The position numbers and the translations under genes are program-made. The notes under the pieces are model-generated. The model saw nothing but the letters and a program-made list of their open reading frames with translations. It searched no databases and was not told the DNA's origin. Positions 46,540 through 56,533 of a DNA stretch of 64,000 nt are shown here, piece by piece; within the stretch, counting starts at the first letter, position 1, and each line of letters starts with the position of its first letter. The stretch comes from an uncultured Myxococcales bacterium (GTDB taxonomy: Bacteria; Myxococcota_A; Polyangia; Fen-1088), in assembly GCA_964443975.1 (NCBI GenBank), contig CAYUFS010000015.1, positions 11,711-75,710 on the forward strand, in the 5' to 3' direction.

Positions 46540-47856
46540 ATGCCAACGCTTGGAACGAACTTTCGCATCGCCTTTCGTAGCCTCATCCAGCACCGACGTC
46601 GGGCGCTGTTCCTGGGCGGCGCGATCGGCTCGGTGACCGCCCTGCTCGTGCTCTTGAACGGGCTCTCCACGGGCGTCCACGAAACGATGGAGCACACCGC
46701 CACCACGCTGTCGAGCGGCCACGTCAACGTCGGGGGCTTCTTCAAGGTCAGCGCCGGGCAGTCGGCGCCCGTGGTCACCGACTACGCCAAGGTGCTGGAG
46801 CTCGTGAAGCGTTCCGTCCCGGAGCTCGCCTTCACGGTTCAGCGTGGGCGCGGGTGGGCGAAGCTCGTGTCGGATTCGGGCTCGATGCAAGCGGGGATCG
46901 GTGGCATCGACATCAAGGACGAGCCGGCGTTCAAGAAGGTGCTCCACATCGTGAGCGGCAACATCGACGATCTGGCGCAGCCGGGGACCATCCTGCTGTT
47001 CGAGGACCAGCTGAAGAAGCTGGACGTGAAGATCGGCGACGCCATCACCGTGTCGGCCCAGACCACGCGCGGGGTCGCGAACACCATCGATTGCCGCGTC
47101 GTCGCCATCGCGCGCGACGTGGGCCTGATGAGCAAGTGGAACGTCTACGTCCCCATGGTGACGTTGCGGGCGCTCTATCAGCTGAGCCCCGGCACGACCG
47201 GGGCGATTCACCTGCACCTGCGCCCGAGCGAGCAGGCGAAGGCGCCCCAGATCGCCGGCAGATTGCGGGCCACCCTGGAGCAGGCCGGGTACCGCATGAT
47301 GGACCCCGATCCGCGTGCGTTCTGGATGAAGTTCGAGACGGTCAACCGCGAACAGTGGACCGGGCAAAAGCTGGACGTGACGACGTGGGAGGACGAGCTG
47401 TCGTTCCTGACCTGGACCCTGCAGCTCTTGCAGGTGCTGAAGACCTTGCTCCTCTTGATCCTGGTGGCCATCGTCATCACCGGAATCATGAACACGATGT
47501 GGATCGCCATCCGCGAGCGCACCCGGGAGATCGGAACGTTGCGGGCCATCGGCATGCAACGGAAGGGCGTGCTGTGGATGTTTCTGCTCGAGTCCTTGCT
47601 GCTCGGCGCGGGCAGCGCCGTCGGCGGCGCCATCGCCGGGGCCTCGATCGCGGCGGGGTTGAACCGCCTGCAGATCGCCGTGCCCCTGTCCATGCAGTTC
47701 TTCCTGATGTCCGACCACCTCAACTTGTCGGTTCACCTGGGTGAGGTCGTGATGGCGGTCGTCTTGTTGACGATCCTCACCGGGCTGGCGGCGCTCTACC
47801 CCTCGTTGCGGGCAGCGCGGCTCCGGCCCGTCGAGGCCATGTCCCACTTCGGTTGA
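46540..47856 (+). CDS. FtsX-family ABC permease (LolC/E-like)
   Basis: 438 aa. TM1, a ~250-aa periplasmic domain, then the C-terminal FtsX core (LRAIGMQRKG). Confidence 0.8.
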   Translation: MPTLGTNFRIAFRSLIQHRRRALFLGGAIGSVTALLVLLNGLSTGVHETMEHTATTLSSGHVNVGGFFKVSAGQSAPVVTDYAKVLELVKRSVPELAFTVQRGRGWAKLVSDSGSMQAGIGGIDIKDEPAFKKVLHIVSGNIDDLAQPGTILLFEDQLKKLDVKIGDAITVSAQTTRGVANTIDCRVVAIARDVGLMSKWNVYVPMVTLRALYQLSPGTTGAIHLHLRPSEQAKAPQIAGRLRATLEQAGYRMMDPDPRAFWMKFETVNREQWTGQKLDVTTWEDELSFLTWTLQLLQVLKTLLLLILVAIVITGIMNTMWIAIRERTREIGTLRAIGMQRKGVLWMFLLESLLLGAGSAVGGAIAGASIAAGLNRLQIAVPLSMQFFLMSDHLNLSVHLGEVVMAVVLLTILTGLAALYPSLRAARLRPVEAMSHFG

Positions 47857-47885
47857 TCGCGGAAACGCCCAGACGAGAGAAGCCA

Positions 47886-48713
47886 ATGACACACTTCCGT
47901 TCCCGCTCGAAGCCCCTCCCCCTGCCCGTGCTGCTCGCGATCACCGTCGCGATGCTCGCTCCCCTCGCGGGGTTTCTGGCCCCGCCCGCCCACGCCGCCG
48001 GCAAGACGAAGGCGGAGCTGGTGGAGCTCCTGAAGGCAGTGGACGTGAGGCAAAACAGCCAGGGCGACTGGCACTCGCACATCTACATGGAGCAGAAGGA
48101 GAAGGACAAGGTCGACGTCGTCTACGAGGGCGAGGTCTACCGGCGAAGCCAGGACCAGAAGTTCGTCATCGTGTTCACGAAACCGAAGGCGTCGCAGGGG
48201 CAAGGGTACCTGCGCATCGATCAGAACCTCTGGTTCTACGATCCGGCCGTCGGCAAGTGGGAGCGACGCACCGAGCGGGAGCGCATCGGCGGCACGAACT
48301 CGCGTCGCTCGGACTTCGACGAGTCGCGCCTGGCCGAGGAGTACGATCCGGACGACGACGGCGAGCAGAAGCTCGGCGCGTACACGGCGCAGGCCCTGAC
48401 CTTGAAGGGGAAGCCGGGCATCGATCTCGCCTTCCCGGTGGTGAAGCTGTGGGTGGATCGGGACACCAAGAACGTCCTCAAGCGGCAGGAGTTCGCCCTG
48501 TCGGGTCGGTTGTTGCGGACGTCGTACTACCCGCGGTGGAAGAAGGCCTACAGCGAGTCGAAGAAGGGTGACACCTGGTTCCCGGAGGAGATTCGCTTCT
48601 TCGACGAGGTCGAGAAGGCGAACTCGACGCTGATCCTCATCAAGGAGGTCGACTTCAAGCCGCTTCCGCAGAATCTGTTCACGAAGGCCTGGCTCGAGAG
48701 CAAGAGCCGGTGA
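47886..48713 (+). CDS. LolA-like outer-membrane lipoprotein-sorting family protein (putative)
   Basis: Signal peptide MTHFRSRSKPLPLPVLLAITVAMLAPLAGFLAPPAHA. An ~240-aa beta-rich domain. It is wedged between an FtsX permease and an OM barrel gene. The track start at 47853 is a TTG. Confidence 0.5.
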   Translation: MTHFRSRSKPLPLPVLLAITVAMLAPLAGFLAPPAHAAGKTKAELVELLKAVDVRQNSQGDWHSHIYMEQKEKDKVDVVYEGEVYRRSQDQKFVIVFTKPKASQGQGYLRIDQNLWFYDPAVGKWERRTERERIGGTNSRRSDFDESRLAEEYDPDDDGEQKLGAYTAQALTLKGKPGIDLAFPVVKLWVDRDTKNVLKRQEFALSGRLLRTSYYPRWKKAYSESKKGDTWFPEEIRFFDEVEKANSTLILIKEVDFKPLPQNLFTKAWLESKSR

Positions 48714-50374
48714 GCGCGCGCTCGAGGATCGTGCTCCTGGCGGTGGCCAGCGCAGGCGCCTCCGCTGTCGCGATTGGTTCCGCCCGAGGCGCCGAGCCGG
48801 CGCGGCCGAACGAGGACGAGATGTTCGGAGGCGCACCGTCGGCCCCGGCGGACGCCGGGACCGCGGCCCCCGGCGCCGCCGACGCGCGTGTGGGGTCCGC
48901 ACCCGCCGCCAGCTCACCACCGACCGCCGGCGCGACCTCGGGCGCCAGCCCTGGCTTCCCGACGCCCACCGCGCCACCATCCGCGTCCGACGAGCACGGG
49001 ACGTCGCGCGACGTCGACCTCCTCGGCGATCCCAACGCCGGACCACGCCTCAGTCAGGAGGTGGCGCCCGACGATCCGCTGAAGATCGGCGGCCAGATCT
49101 ACTTGCGCGCCTCCTACAACAATCCGGGGTCGCCCACCTTCGACTTCTCGAATCCGACGGATGTGAAGAGCCAGCACACGACGTTCTCGGCGCCGTCGCT
49201 GGTGGACGCGTTCTTCGACGCCCGACCGAACGATCGCGTGCGCGGCTTCGTCCTCGGTCGGCTGTTCTTCGATCCGACGCTCCCGACGACGACGACGGCG
49301 AGCACGGGGACCACCTCCGGCACGATGACCGGCACGTCGATGGCCGTGACCCCGACGGCGCCCGGCCTCTCCGGCGTCTCCAGCACGCGGGGCCCGGCGG
49401 CCGTGCTCGATCAGCTGTGGCTGCGGTTCGACATCGCGCACACGGTCTTCGTCACGGCCGGGCGGCAGCACGTGAAGTGGGGAACGGCGCGGTTCTGGAC
49501 GCCCACGGACTTCCTGCATCCCGAGCACCGGAATCCCGTGGCGGTGTTCGACGCCCGACCCGGCTACACGATGCTGAAGCTACACCTGCCGTGGGAGGAG
49601 CGCGGCTGGAACTTCTACGCCTTCGGCCTGGTCGAAGGCGTTCGACGCTGGGACCCCAGCACGAACACTTATCCTCTCGGAAACGACCGCGTCGCCACGC
49701 TGGGGCAGCTCGGTGGCGCAGCCCGGGCCGAGCTGGTGCTCGGGCCCGCCGAGCTCGGCCTCGACGCCGTCGTCTACAAGGATCAGAAGCCCCGCTACGG
49801 CGCGGATCTGTCCTTCGGCGTCGGCGACTTCGATCTCTACGTCGACGCGGGATTTCGCTATGGCAGCGAGATTCCCCGTGCCCAGGAAGACTTCAGCATC
49901 ACCTACGCGGTGGGTATCAAGCCACAGATCACCACCGGCGGCACCTATTCGCTGAAGTACAACGACAACGACGTGTTCACGCTGGCGGCGGAGTATTTCT
50001 ACAACGCGCTGGGATACCCCAGTCCCCGCGTCTACCCGGCGTTGTTCTACACGGGGACGTTCGAGTTCTTCTACACCGGACGTCACTACGCGGCCGTGTC
50101 CGCCATCGCGAACGCGCCCTGGTCCTGGAACTACTCGAACTTCAGCTTCACGACGATCGGAAACCTGTCGGATCAGTCGTTCATCAGCCGGATCGACTAT
50201 TCGTACACGTTGCTGACCCACATGACGTTCGAGGCGTTCGGCGCCGTGAACTACGGGCGGCGCGAGGGCGAGTTCAGGCTCGGCGTCGACAGCCTGACCT
50301 TGCCAAACGGCCAGAGCTTTTCGCTGTCGCCGCAGGCGTTCAGCCTCGGGATCGGACTGCGCGTCAAGATCTGA
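48710..50374 (+). CDS. Putative outer-membrane beta-barrel protein
   Basis: GTG start overlapping the upstream TGA. Signal MSARSRIVLLAVASAGASAVAIG. Alternating-aromatic strands. The C-terminus is GIGLRVKI. Confidence 0.55.
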   Translation: MSARSRIVLLAVASAGASAVAIGSARGAEPARPNEDEMFGGAPSAPADAGTAAPGAADARVGSAPAASSPPTAGATSGASPGFPTPTAPPSASDEHGTSRDVDLLGDPNAGPRLSQEVAPDDPLKIGGQIYLRASYNNPGSPTFDFSNPTDVKSQHTTFSAPSLVDAFFDARPNDRVRGFVLGRLFFDPTLPTTTTASTGTTSGTMTGTSMAVTPTAPGLSGVSSTRGPAAVLDQLWLRFDIAHTVFVTAGRQHVKWGTARFWTPTDFLHPEHRNPVAVFDARPGYTMLKLHLPWEERGWNFYAFGLVEGVRRWDPSTNTYPLGNDRVATLGQLGGAARAELVLGPAELGLDAVVYKDQKPRYGADLSFGVGDFDLYVDAGFRYGSEIPRAQEDFSITYAVGIKPQITTGGTYSLKYNDNDVFTLAAEYFYNALGYPSPRVYPALFYTGTFEFFYTGRHYAAVSAIANAPWSWNYSNFSFTTIGNLSDQSFISRIDYSYTLLTHMTFEAFGAVNYGRREGEFRLGVDSLTLPNGQSFSLSPQAFSLGIGLRVKI

Positions 50375-50433
50375 CGGGGCGCGCGATCCCGTGGTTCTTG
50401 GTGTCTCCGCGGTCGGTTATCCTGGCTGCCCCC

Positions 50434-51639
50434 ATGCGATTGGCCATTCGCCCCCGGACCCTCGTCGCCGTCTCCCTGTTCGTGCTGTCGCGCGCGTCCG
50501 CCGCGTCCGCCGCGTCCGAAACGGAGGCCGATGCGCTGCCGGCGGCGCGGAAGGCGCCCGCCCCGTTCGCGCTCGACGGGCCACTTCGCCGCGCGCTCGC
50601 GGGCGGATGCCACGACGGAATCGCCGAGCTCGAGGCGCTCGCGGCTTCGGGACAGCCCGGCAGCGACGTGGCGGCGGAGGTCGTTCGGTTGTGCGCCGAC
50701 ATTCGCGGGCAGCGCGCGGCGGGCTCCGGGGCAAGCGACGGCTCGGCCGCGGCCCACGCTGACCGCAGCGGCCGTCCCCAGCTCGTGCTGGCCTCGACCC
50801 TGTACGGCGTCTGGTTGGGAATCTCCGTCGACGTGCTGGCCGACGTGAAGAACGATCGGCTCCTGGTCATGTATCCCCTGCTGGGGATGGCTGCCGGGCT
50901 CGGGGGCTCGCTCTATGCCACGCACGTGCACGAGGTGACGTCCGGCCAGGCGTGGTCGATCATCACGGGGCTCGACTATGGGACATACAACGGTCTGCTG
51001 TGGAGCGCGGCGCTGTCCAACACGCCCTCCGCCAAGGGGGTGTTCGGCGCGGCCTTGCCGGCGGGCCTGTTGGGTGGCGCCATCGGGACCCTCGTCGCCA
51101 GACGGCACCCGCAGCAGGGTGACGTCGAGCTGGTGCGCTCGGGGGGCCTGTACGGCACGGCGGCGGCGGCGATGGCCGCGCTGCTGTTCGCCCCCACCGG
51201 CTCGTCGTCGCGCGCGATCTTCACCACCCTGGCGCTCGGCATGGACGTGGGGCTGGGGACCGGCGGGATCCTGGCGTCCGAGCTCGACGTGTCACGCAAC
51301 CGGGTCCTGCTCGTCGACGCCGGGACGGTGGCTGGTCTTGGCTTCGGCCTCGGCGGAACCTGGCTGATCACGGGCAGCAAGAGGAGCTCGCGCCGCGCGC
51401 TCGGCGCGGGCGGGCTCGTGGGGCTCGGCGCCGGGATGGTCGCCGCGATCCTTCTCACCCGCGCGATGGACGACGATCGCGCCGCGCAGGTCCTGGGGTC
51501 CGTCCCTGCGCTGGCGTCGCGACACGCGGACGGGACGTGGACCTTTGGCGCCTTGTCGTTGACGCCCGTGGGCGACATGACCGGCCGCCGCCAGGGCTTC
51601 GTCGGCGCCGCCGTCCCCCTCGCCGCCGGGCTCTGGTAG
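50434..51639 (+). CDS. Secreted/membrane Gly-rich (glycine-zipper) protein of unknown function
   Basis: Signal MRLAIRPRTLVAVSLFVLSRASAASAAS. Several GxxxG-rich hydrophobic segments. The track ORF 49417..51639 is over-extended. Confidence 0.5.
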   Translation: MRLAIRPRTLVAVSLFVLSRASAASAASETEADALPAARKAPAPFALDGPLRRALAGGCHDGIAELEALAASGQPGSDVAAEVVRLCADIRGQRAAGSGASDGSAAAHADRSGRPQLVLASTLYGVWLGISVDVLADVKNDRLLVMYPLLGMAAGLGGSLYATHVHEVTSGQAWSIITGLDYGTYNGLLWSAALSNTPSAKGVFGAALPAGLLGGAIGTLVARRHPQQGDVELVRSGGLYGTAAAAMAALLFAPTGSSSRAIFTTLALGMDVGLGTGGILASELDVSRNRVLLVDAGTVAGLGFGLGGTWLITGSKRSSRRALGAGGLVGLGAGMVAAILLTRAMDDDRAAQVLGSVPALASRHADGTWTFGALSLTPVGDMTGRRQGFVGAAVPLAAGLW

Positions 51640-51787
51640 CCGCCGCCTCGGGGCGGGTGGGCTCGCCTTCGGCACGAGGACCGGCGGGCCGACGTTTTCT
51701 GCCTCACGGCGGTAAGGTTCTCCGAACACGGGAAACAAGGCTTGGCCACGGGGCCTCCCCAAGCTCGGAGGAACGCGGCGGAACGAC

Positions 51788-52351
51788 ATGAAGACATCCG
51801 TCAGAAACGCTGCGCGATCCCCCGGGACGGCGACCAAGGACCTCGATGAGGCGTTGGAGCACCTGTACGAGCGCTACTTCCCCCTCGTCGATCGTTGGGT
51901 TCGTCGCCTGGGTGGGCCTGCCGCCGACGTCGAGGATCTGACCCACGACGTGTTCGTGATCGCTCTGCGGCGCCGCGCCGAATTCCGGGGCGAGGCACGC
52001 CTGACCACCTGGCTCTTTCGGATCACGGACCGCGTGGTCGCCGGCCGTCGCCGCCGCTCGTTGATTCGCAGATGGCTCTTCGCGCGTCACGGTCACGAGC
52101 TCGCGGATCGCTCCGACCCCCACACGGCGCTCGACGAGCTCGAGCGGCGCGAGCAGAACGCTCGCCTGTACGCCGCGCTCGATCGGCTCCCCCACGCGGA
52201 TCGAACGGTCCTTATCCTGTACGAGCTCGAGGGGATGTCAGGACAGGACGTCGCCGATCTCGTGGGCATCGCCGTCAACGCCGTCTGGGTCCGGCTGTTC
52301 CGGGCGCGCGCGAAGCTGCTGGCGGCGCTGGGCGGGCCGGTGGGAACATGA
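51788..52351 (+). CDS. ECF (sigma-70 family, group 4) RNA polymerase sigma factor
   Basis: Region-2 block HDVFVIALRRRAEFRGEARLTTWLFRI. Region-4 HTH block ILYELEGMSGQDVADLVGIAVNAVWVRLFRARAKL. Confidence 0.8.
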   Translation: MKTSVRNAARSPGTATKDLDEALEHLYERYFPLVDRWVRRLGGPAADVEDLTHDVFVIALRRRAEFRGEARLTTWLFRITDRVVAGRRRRSLIRRWLFARHGHELADRSDPHTALDELERREQNARLYAALDRLPHADRTVLILYELEGMSGQDVADLVGIAVNAVWVRLFRARAKLLAALGGPVGT

Positions 52352-53391
52352 GCGCGTCGAACGACAAACCGAGCATCGCGGATCGCCTGGCCGACCTGCG
52401 CGCCGACGCCGATCCGACCGGCGTCGGACGGCTCGTGCGCTGCGCGGCCACCATCGATCAGGCCAGCGCGGGCACTCGGCAGCTCGTGAAGTGGCGAATT
52501 CGCAAGACGCTGAAGCGGCGCGGCTGGGGACCTGCGGTGTTGCGTCCCACCCTCGTGGTGGCCCTGGTGTTCGTCAGCGGAGGTTTTCTGGGGGCGACGA
52601 TCCACAGAATGGCCCTGCGCGTGGTCGTCGGGGAGCCGCACGGCGCGCATCGTCCCGTCCGCGAGCCAGCCGCCCGCCGCGCTGCGCGGGCGCCTGTAGC
52701 CACACCCGCGCCCTCTCTCCCCGCGACGCCCCCGCCGTCCGTGTGGCCCGCAGGCAATACCCCAGCGGAGAGGACAGCGCCGAGGGGCCTTCGAGCCTGG
52801 GCCGCCGCGCCGGGCGCCCTGGCCGCCGCGGCGGGCGCTCCTGCCGCCCCCCAAGCCACGTCGCCTGCGACCCCATCGTCGGGCGAGGCCACCCAGCAAG
52901 ACTTGTTGGTGCGCGCAATTCGGCAATTGCGAATCGAGGGAAGCCCCGGCGTCGCCCTGGCTTCGCTGGACGACTATCAGGCCCGCTTCTCCGCGAGCGC
53001 CCTCGAGCCCGAGGCGGAAGCCCTGCGCGTCGAGGCGCTGCTGGCGTTGGGGAGAAAGGAGCAAGCCCTCGCCGCGGTGGACGATCTGCTCGCGCGGCCG
53101 CGACCCGGGAACGACGGCCGCCGGGTGCTGCGCGGCGAGATTCAGATGTCGCTTGGCGCGTGGCGCGATGCCTTGACCGATTTCGAGGTGGCCTTGGCGG
53201 GGCCTGGTGGCCCGGAGTCCGGGAGATCAACCGCCGGTTTCGTCGAACGCGCGCTCTGGGGTCGCGCCGTGTCGCGCGGCCGACTCGGAGACGAATCGGG
53301 AGCGCGCGCCGCGCTCGAGGACTACTTGCGACGCTTTCCCCAGGGCAGGTTCGCGGCCGGGGCCGCTCGGGCGCTGGGACTGAGACCGTGA
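52348..53391 (+). CDS. Putative anti-sigma factor (cytoplasmic N-domain, one TM, TPR-like periplasmic domain)
   Basis: The ATG overlaps the sigma stop (ATGA). TM helix PTLVVALVFVSGGFLGATI. The C-terminus is Ala/Leu-rich and TPR-like. Confidence 0.55.
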   Translation: MSASNDKPSIADRLADLRADADPTGVGRLVRCAATIDQASAGTRQLVKWRIRKTLKRRGWGPAVLRPTLVVALVFVSGGFLGATIHRMALRVVVGEPHGAHRPVREPAARRAARAPVATPAPSLPATPPPSVWPAGNTPAERTAPRGLRAWAAAPGALAAAAGAPAAPQATSPATPSSGEATQQDLLVRAIRQLRIEGSPGVALASLDDYQARFSASALEPEAEALRVEALLALGRKEQALAAVDDLLARPRPGNDGRRVLRGEIQMSLGAWRDALTDFEVALAGPGGPESGRSTAGFVERALWGRAVSRGRLGDESGARAALEDYLRRFPQGRFAAGAARALGLRP

Positions 53392-54377
53392 GCAAACGAC
53401 GGCCCGCGCGCTCCGCGCGGCTCTTCGTCGGAGTGGCCGTGGCCGCTGCGCTGCGCCCAACCTACAGCCGGGCCCAGCCGCCCGTCACCCCGCCGACCAT
53501 GCTCTCGGTTCTGAGCGACTCGTCGTGCCCGTCGGCCGAATCGGTGCGGCAGGCGCTGGTTTCACTGCTGCCCGCGCTCCCCGTCGATCCGGTGACGGTC
53601 GAGCTGCGAAGCGGCCGCGGGGTGCTGAGCATCGATTTCAGGTGGGGCGACGGCGTGCCTCCCGAGACACGCGTCCTACCCTTGCCCCCGGATTGTCAGA
53701 CGCGGGCCGGGCAGGCCGCGTTGGTCGTCGCGACGTGGTTGGGCAGCCCGCGCGTCGAGCCGTTCGCACCGCCGGCCCTGGCGCCGGTATCGGCTCCCAC
53801 ATCGGCCCCCACCTTGGCGAGGGCGGCGACGCCGTCGTCCGAGCCACCCGCGGACGCAGCGGCCCGACGGCAAACGACGATCGGCGTGGGGGTCGTGAAT
53901 TCCGCCGGGCGAGGCTGGGCGTCGGGCGGCCGGGCGGACGTAACGCGCGCGCCGGCAGCGGCTGGCCTGGGGTGGGGCGCCAGTATCGTCGCCACGAGGC
54001 CCGGCGACGTGTCGCTCGCGGGCGGGAGCTCGCGCTGGATGGTCGTCTCGCTGGCGCCCGTCGTCAAGGGTCGATGGACGACACGATGGCTCGCCGCGGA
54101 GGTCGACGCCGGGCCGCTCGCCACCCTCGCGATCGGATGGGGCTCCGGTTACGACACGAACCACGCCGACGGCCGGCCGTCCTTTGGGCTGACCGGAGGA
54201 CTGCGGTTGCTGGCGCACGGCCGGCCCTTTCAGCCGTGGATCGACGCGCGGGGGGCGTTTTGGCCAGTGTCCCCCCGGCTTCGGGTCGACGCCCCAGGGG
54301 GGACGCCGTCCGCCGTCGCTCGCCTGCCGACCGCCGATCTTCAGCTCGCGATCGGCATGAGCGTGATCCTTCCGTGA
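53388..54377 (+). CDS. Secreted hypothetical protein, third gene of ECF operon
   Basis: GTG start overlapping the anti-sigma stop (GTGA). Signal VSKRRPARSARLFVGVAVAAALRP. Confidence 0.45.
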   Translation: MSKRRPARSARLFVGVAVAAALRPTYSRAQPPVTPPTMLSVLSDSSCPSAESVRQALVSLLPALPVDPVTVELRSGRGVLSIDFRWGDGVPPETRVLPLPPDCQTRAGQAALVVATWLGSPRVEPFAPPALAPVSAPTSAPTLARAATPSSEPPADAAARRQTTIGVGVVNSAGRGWASGGRADVTRAPAAAGLGWGASIVATRPGDVSLAGGSSRWMVVSLAPVVKGRWTTRWLAAEVDAGPLATLAIGWGSGYDTNHADGRPSFGLTGGLRLLAHGRPFQPWIDARGAFWPVSPRLRVDAPGGTPSAVARLPTADLQLAIGMSVILP

Positions 54378-54441
54378 GTAGTCCTTCTTTGGCAGTCGCG
54401 AGTTTCCGGTAAGGATCCTCGGCCTCGGGAGACAAGCAGGC

Positions 54442-55128
54442 ATGACAATGCTCGCAGCTCTTTTCCTCGGTGCAGGCCTCTGCCTCGCCGGTTGCGGTCT
54501 CGACCTTCGCACCGGGGTGAAGGTGGACAGTGTCGTCGACGCCGGTGCCCGAGACGGGGACGATGCGTCGGGGTCGATGGACGATGGCCCCACGGCCGGC
54601 TCCGACGCACCATCGGGGGACGCGACCGCGGTCGATGTTGCTCCCGCCGCGCCGAGCACGTTCTTGCCGACGATGATCGTGACGATCGACGGCGTCCGCA
54701 AGGGTTTCAGGCTATCGGCGCTACGGACCGAATCCATCGATCCACCGGTCATCCGGATGGAATTTTCGACGGGGGGAGGACGCAACCTTGGTGTCGAGGC
54801 GACGCCGGGCGAATACTACAGCGAGGTGTGGTTCTTGATCTCGACGGGCGGTGTGCCGGTGACCGGGAGTTACGGCTGCTTGGCCCCCGGTGTCGGCGCG
54901 TCTGCTTCGCCAGCGGTCGCGTTCACCTGGTCGTTCAACCACCCGATGGGGAACAACTACTCTACCTCGGAAGGTCCTTGCGCCGTGAGCTTCACGGGGT
55001 TCGGGATGAATGTCGGCGATCGGATTCGCGGCACGTTCTCGGCGGTCCTCGACGGCGGGCACATCCTCTCCGACGGCGTGTTCGATCTGGTCGTGCCCAC
55101 CGTGGTCCCCATCGACGGGCTGACCTGA
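54442..55128 (+). CDS. Lipoprotein of unknown function
   Basis: MTMLAALFLGAGLCLAGCG lipobox. 228 aa. Confidence 0.5.
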   Translation: MTMLAALFLGAGLCLAGCGLDLRTGVKVDSVVDAGARDGDDASGSMDDGPTAGSDAPSGDATAVDVAPAAPSTFLPTMIVTIDGVRKGFRLSALRTESIDPPVIRMEFSTGGGRNLGVEATPGEYYSEVWFLISTGGVPVTGSYGCLAPGVGASASPAVAFTWSFNHPMGNNYSTSEGPCAVSFTGFGMNVGDRIRGTFSAVLDGGHILSDGVFDLVVPTVVPIDGLT

Positions 55129-55132
55129 CGAA

Positions 55133-56533
55133 TCAACCCTTGTTCGGGCGCGGGATCTGGTAGCGCTCCAGCTTGGCCACGAACGTTCGTCGCGGCATCC
55201 CCATCAGCTTGGCCGCGCGGCTTTGATTTCCGGCGCACGCGGCGAGGGCGTCGAGCATGCGCTGACGCTCGTCGCCGGGGATGGGCGTCGACTCGCGGAC
55301 GCCGCTGCTGTCGTTGCCCCGGGCGCGCAGCGTATGCTCCGCCGACACGCCCGCGGGGGCAGCCGGGGCCCGTCGCTCCTCGGGCAGGTGCTCGAGGCCG
55401 ATCGCGCTACCGGCGCACAGCAGCACAGCGCGCTCGATGACGTTCTTCAGCTCGCGGACGTTGCCGGGCCAGTCCCGGGACTCCAGCGCCTTCAACACCT
55501 CGGCCGACAGCACCGGGGCTGACCGGCCTAGCTCGCGGCAGATGTCGCGCAGGAACGTCTCCGCGAGCGGGCGGATCTCGGACCGCCGCTCGCGAAGCGG
55601 CGGGATTCGAATCGAGATGCCATTCAGGCGGAAGTAGAGGTCGGCTCGAAAGGCATGCCGTTGCACCTCCTTCTCCAGATCGCGATTGGTCGCCGCGATG
55701 AAGCGGACGTCGACCCGCCTGGGGCGCACGCTGCCGAGCCGTGTGACCTCGCGCGTCTCGATGACTCGTAGCAGCTTGACCTGGGTCGACGGCGACATCT
55801 CGCCGACCTCGTCCAGGAACAGCGTGCCCCCTTCGGCGGCTTCCAGCAGCCCCACCTTTGCAGCGCCGGCGCCCGTGAAGGCCCCCTTCTCGTGACCAAA
55901 GAGCTCGCTCTCGAGCAGCGACTCCGACAGGGCGGCGCAGTTGAGGCAGATGGACGGACCCGACCGCCGGGGCGATAGCTGGTGGATGGTCTTGGCCATC
56001 ACCTCCTTGCCCACGCCCGTCTCGCCCAGGATGAGGACGTTGATCGTCCCGGCGGCGGCACGTTCCGCCACGGCGTAAATCGCCTTCATCGAATTGTCGT
56101 GCTCCAGCGTCACCGCCGCCAGGTTGGCCTCCGTGTACGTGGGGCCATCCATCGCACCTTGAGCGGCTCGCTCGGTGGACTGCTGGGACCGGACATGAAC
56201 GATGAGGACCGACGACCCGATGGCGATGGTTTCCCCGGATTGAACGGGCACGCGCTCGCCCCGCGCAATGGGCCGGTCTCGAACGCGCGTCCCGTTGATG
56301 CTGCCGAGATCCTCGACGAACAAGGTATCGCCGATGGTCAACCGGGCGTGTGACCGCGAGGCCTGCAGGTCGTCAATCCGCACGTCGGCCGATTCGGCGC
56401 GCCCGATGGTCACGGTGCCCACCGTCGGTAGGTTGTAGGTCTCGTACGACCCGTTTCCAATCACCAGCAGACGGACCCCGGGCCGGTCACCCCATACGAC
56501 TGGATCGCCTGGAATCGTGGTCCGTTGTTTCAC
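55133..56533 (-). CDS. FHA-domain sigma-54-dependent transcriptional activator (FHA + AAA+ + Fis-type HTH)
   Basis: FHA: VRLLVIGNGSYETYNLPTVGTVTIGRAESADVRIDDLQASRSHARL. AAA+: GETGVGKEVMAKTIH and ESELFGHEKGAFTGA (GAFTGA intact). C-terminal HTH. The start is uncertain (a GTG at 56533 is proposed; no in-frame ATG lies near). Confidence 0.8.
   Translation of the reverse strand: MKQRTTIPGDPVVWGDRPGVRLLVIGNGSYETYNLPTVGTVTIGRAESADVRIDDLQASRSHARLTIGDTLFVEDLGSINGTRVRDRPIARGERVPVQSGETIAIGSSVLIVHVRSQQSTERAAQGAMDGPTYTEANLAAVTLEHDNSMKAIYAVAERAAAGTINVLILGETGVGKEVMAKTIHQLSPRRSGPSICLNCAALSESLLESELFGHEKGAFTGAGAAKVGLLEAAEGGTLFLDEVGEMSPSTQVKLLRVIETREVTRLGSVRPRRVDVRFIAATNRDLEKEVQRHAFRADLYFRLNGISIRIPPLRERRSEIRPLAETFLRDICRELGRSAPVLSAEVLKALESRDWPGNVRELKNVIERAVLLCAGSAIGLEHLPEERRAPAAPAGVSAEHTLRARGNDSSGVRESTPIPGDERQRMLDALAACAGNQSRAAKLMGMPRRTFVAKLERYQIPRPNKG

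Noticed and set aside
45967-49046. Minus-strand ORFs 45967-47892 and 47796-49046
   Set aside because: They are antisense to the FtsX permease, LolA-like and OM barrel genes. His/Arg/Gly-rich translations with no domains.
53676-54785. 369-aa minus-strand ORF
   Set aside because: It is antisense to the ECF-operon secreted protein and the downstream lipoprotein. Arg/Pro-rich.
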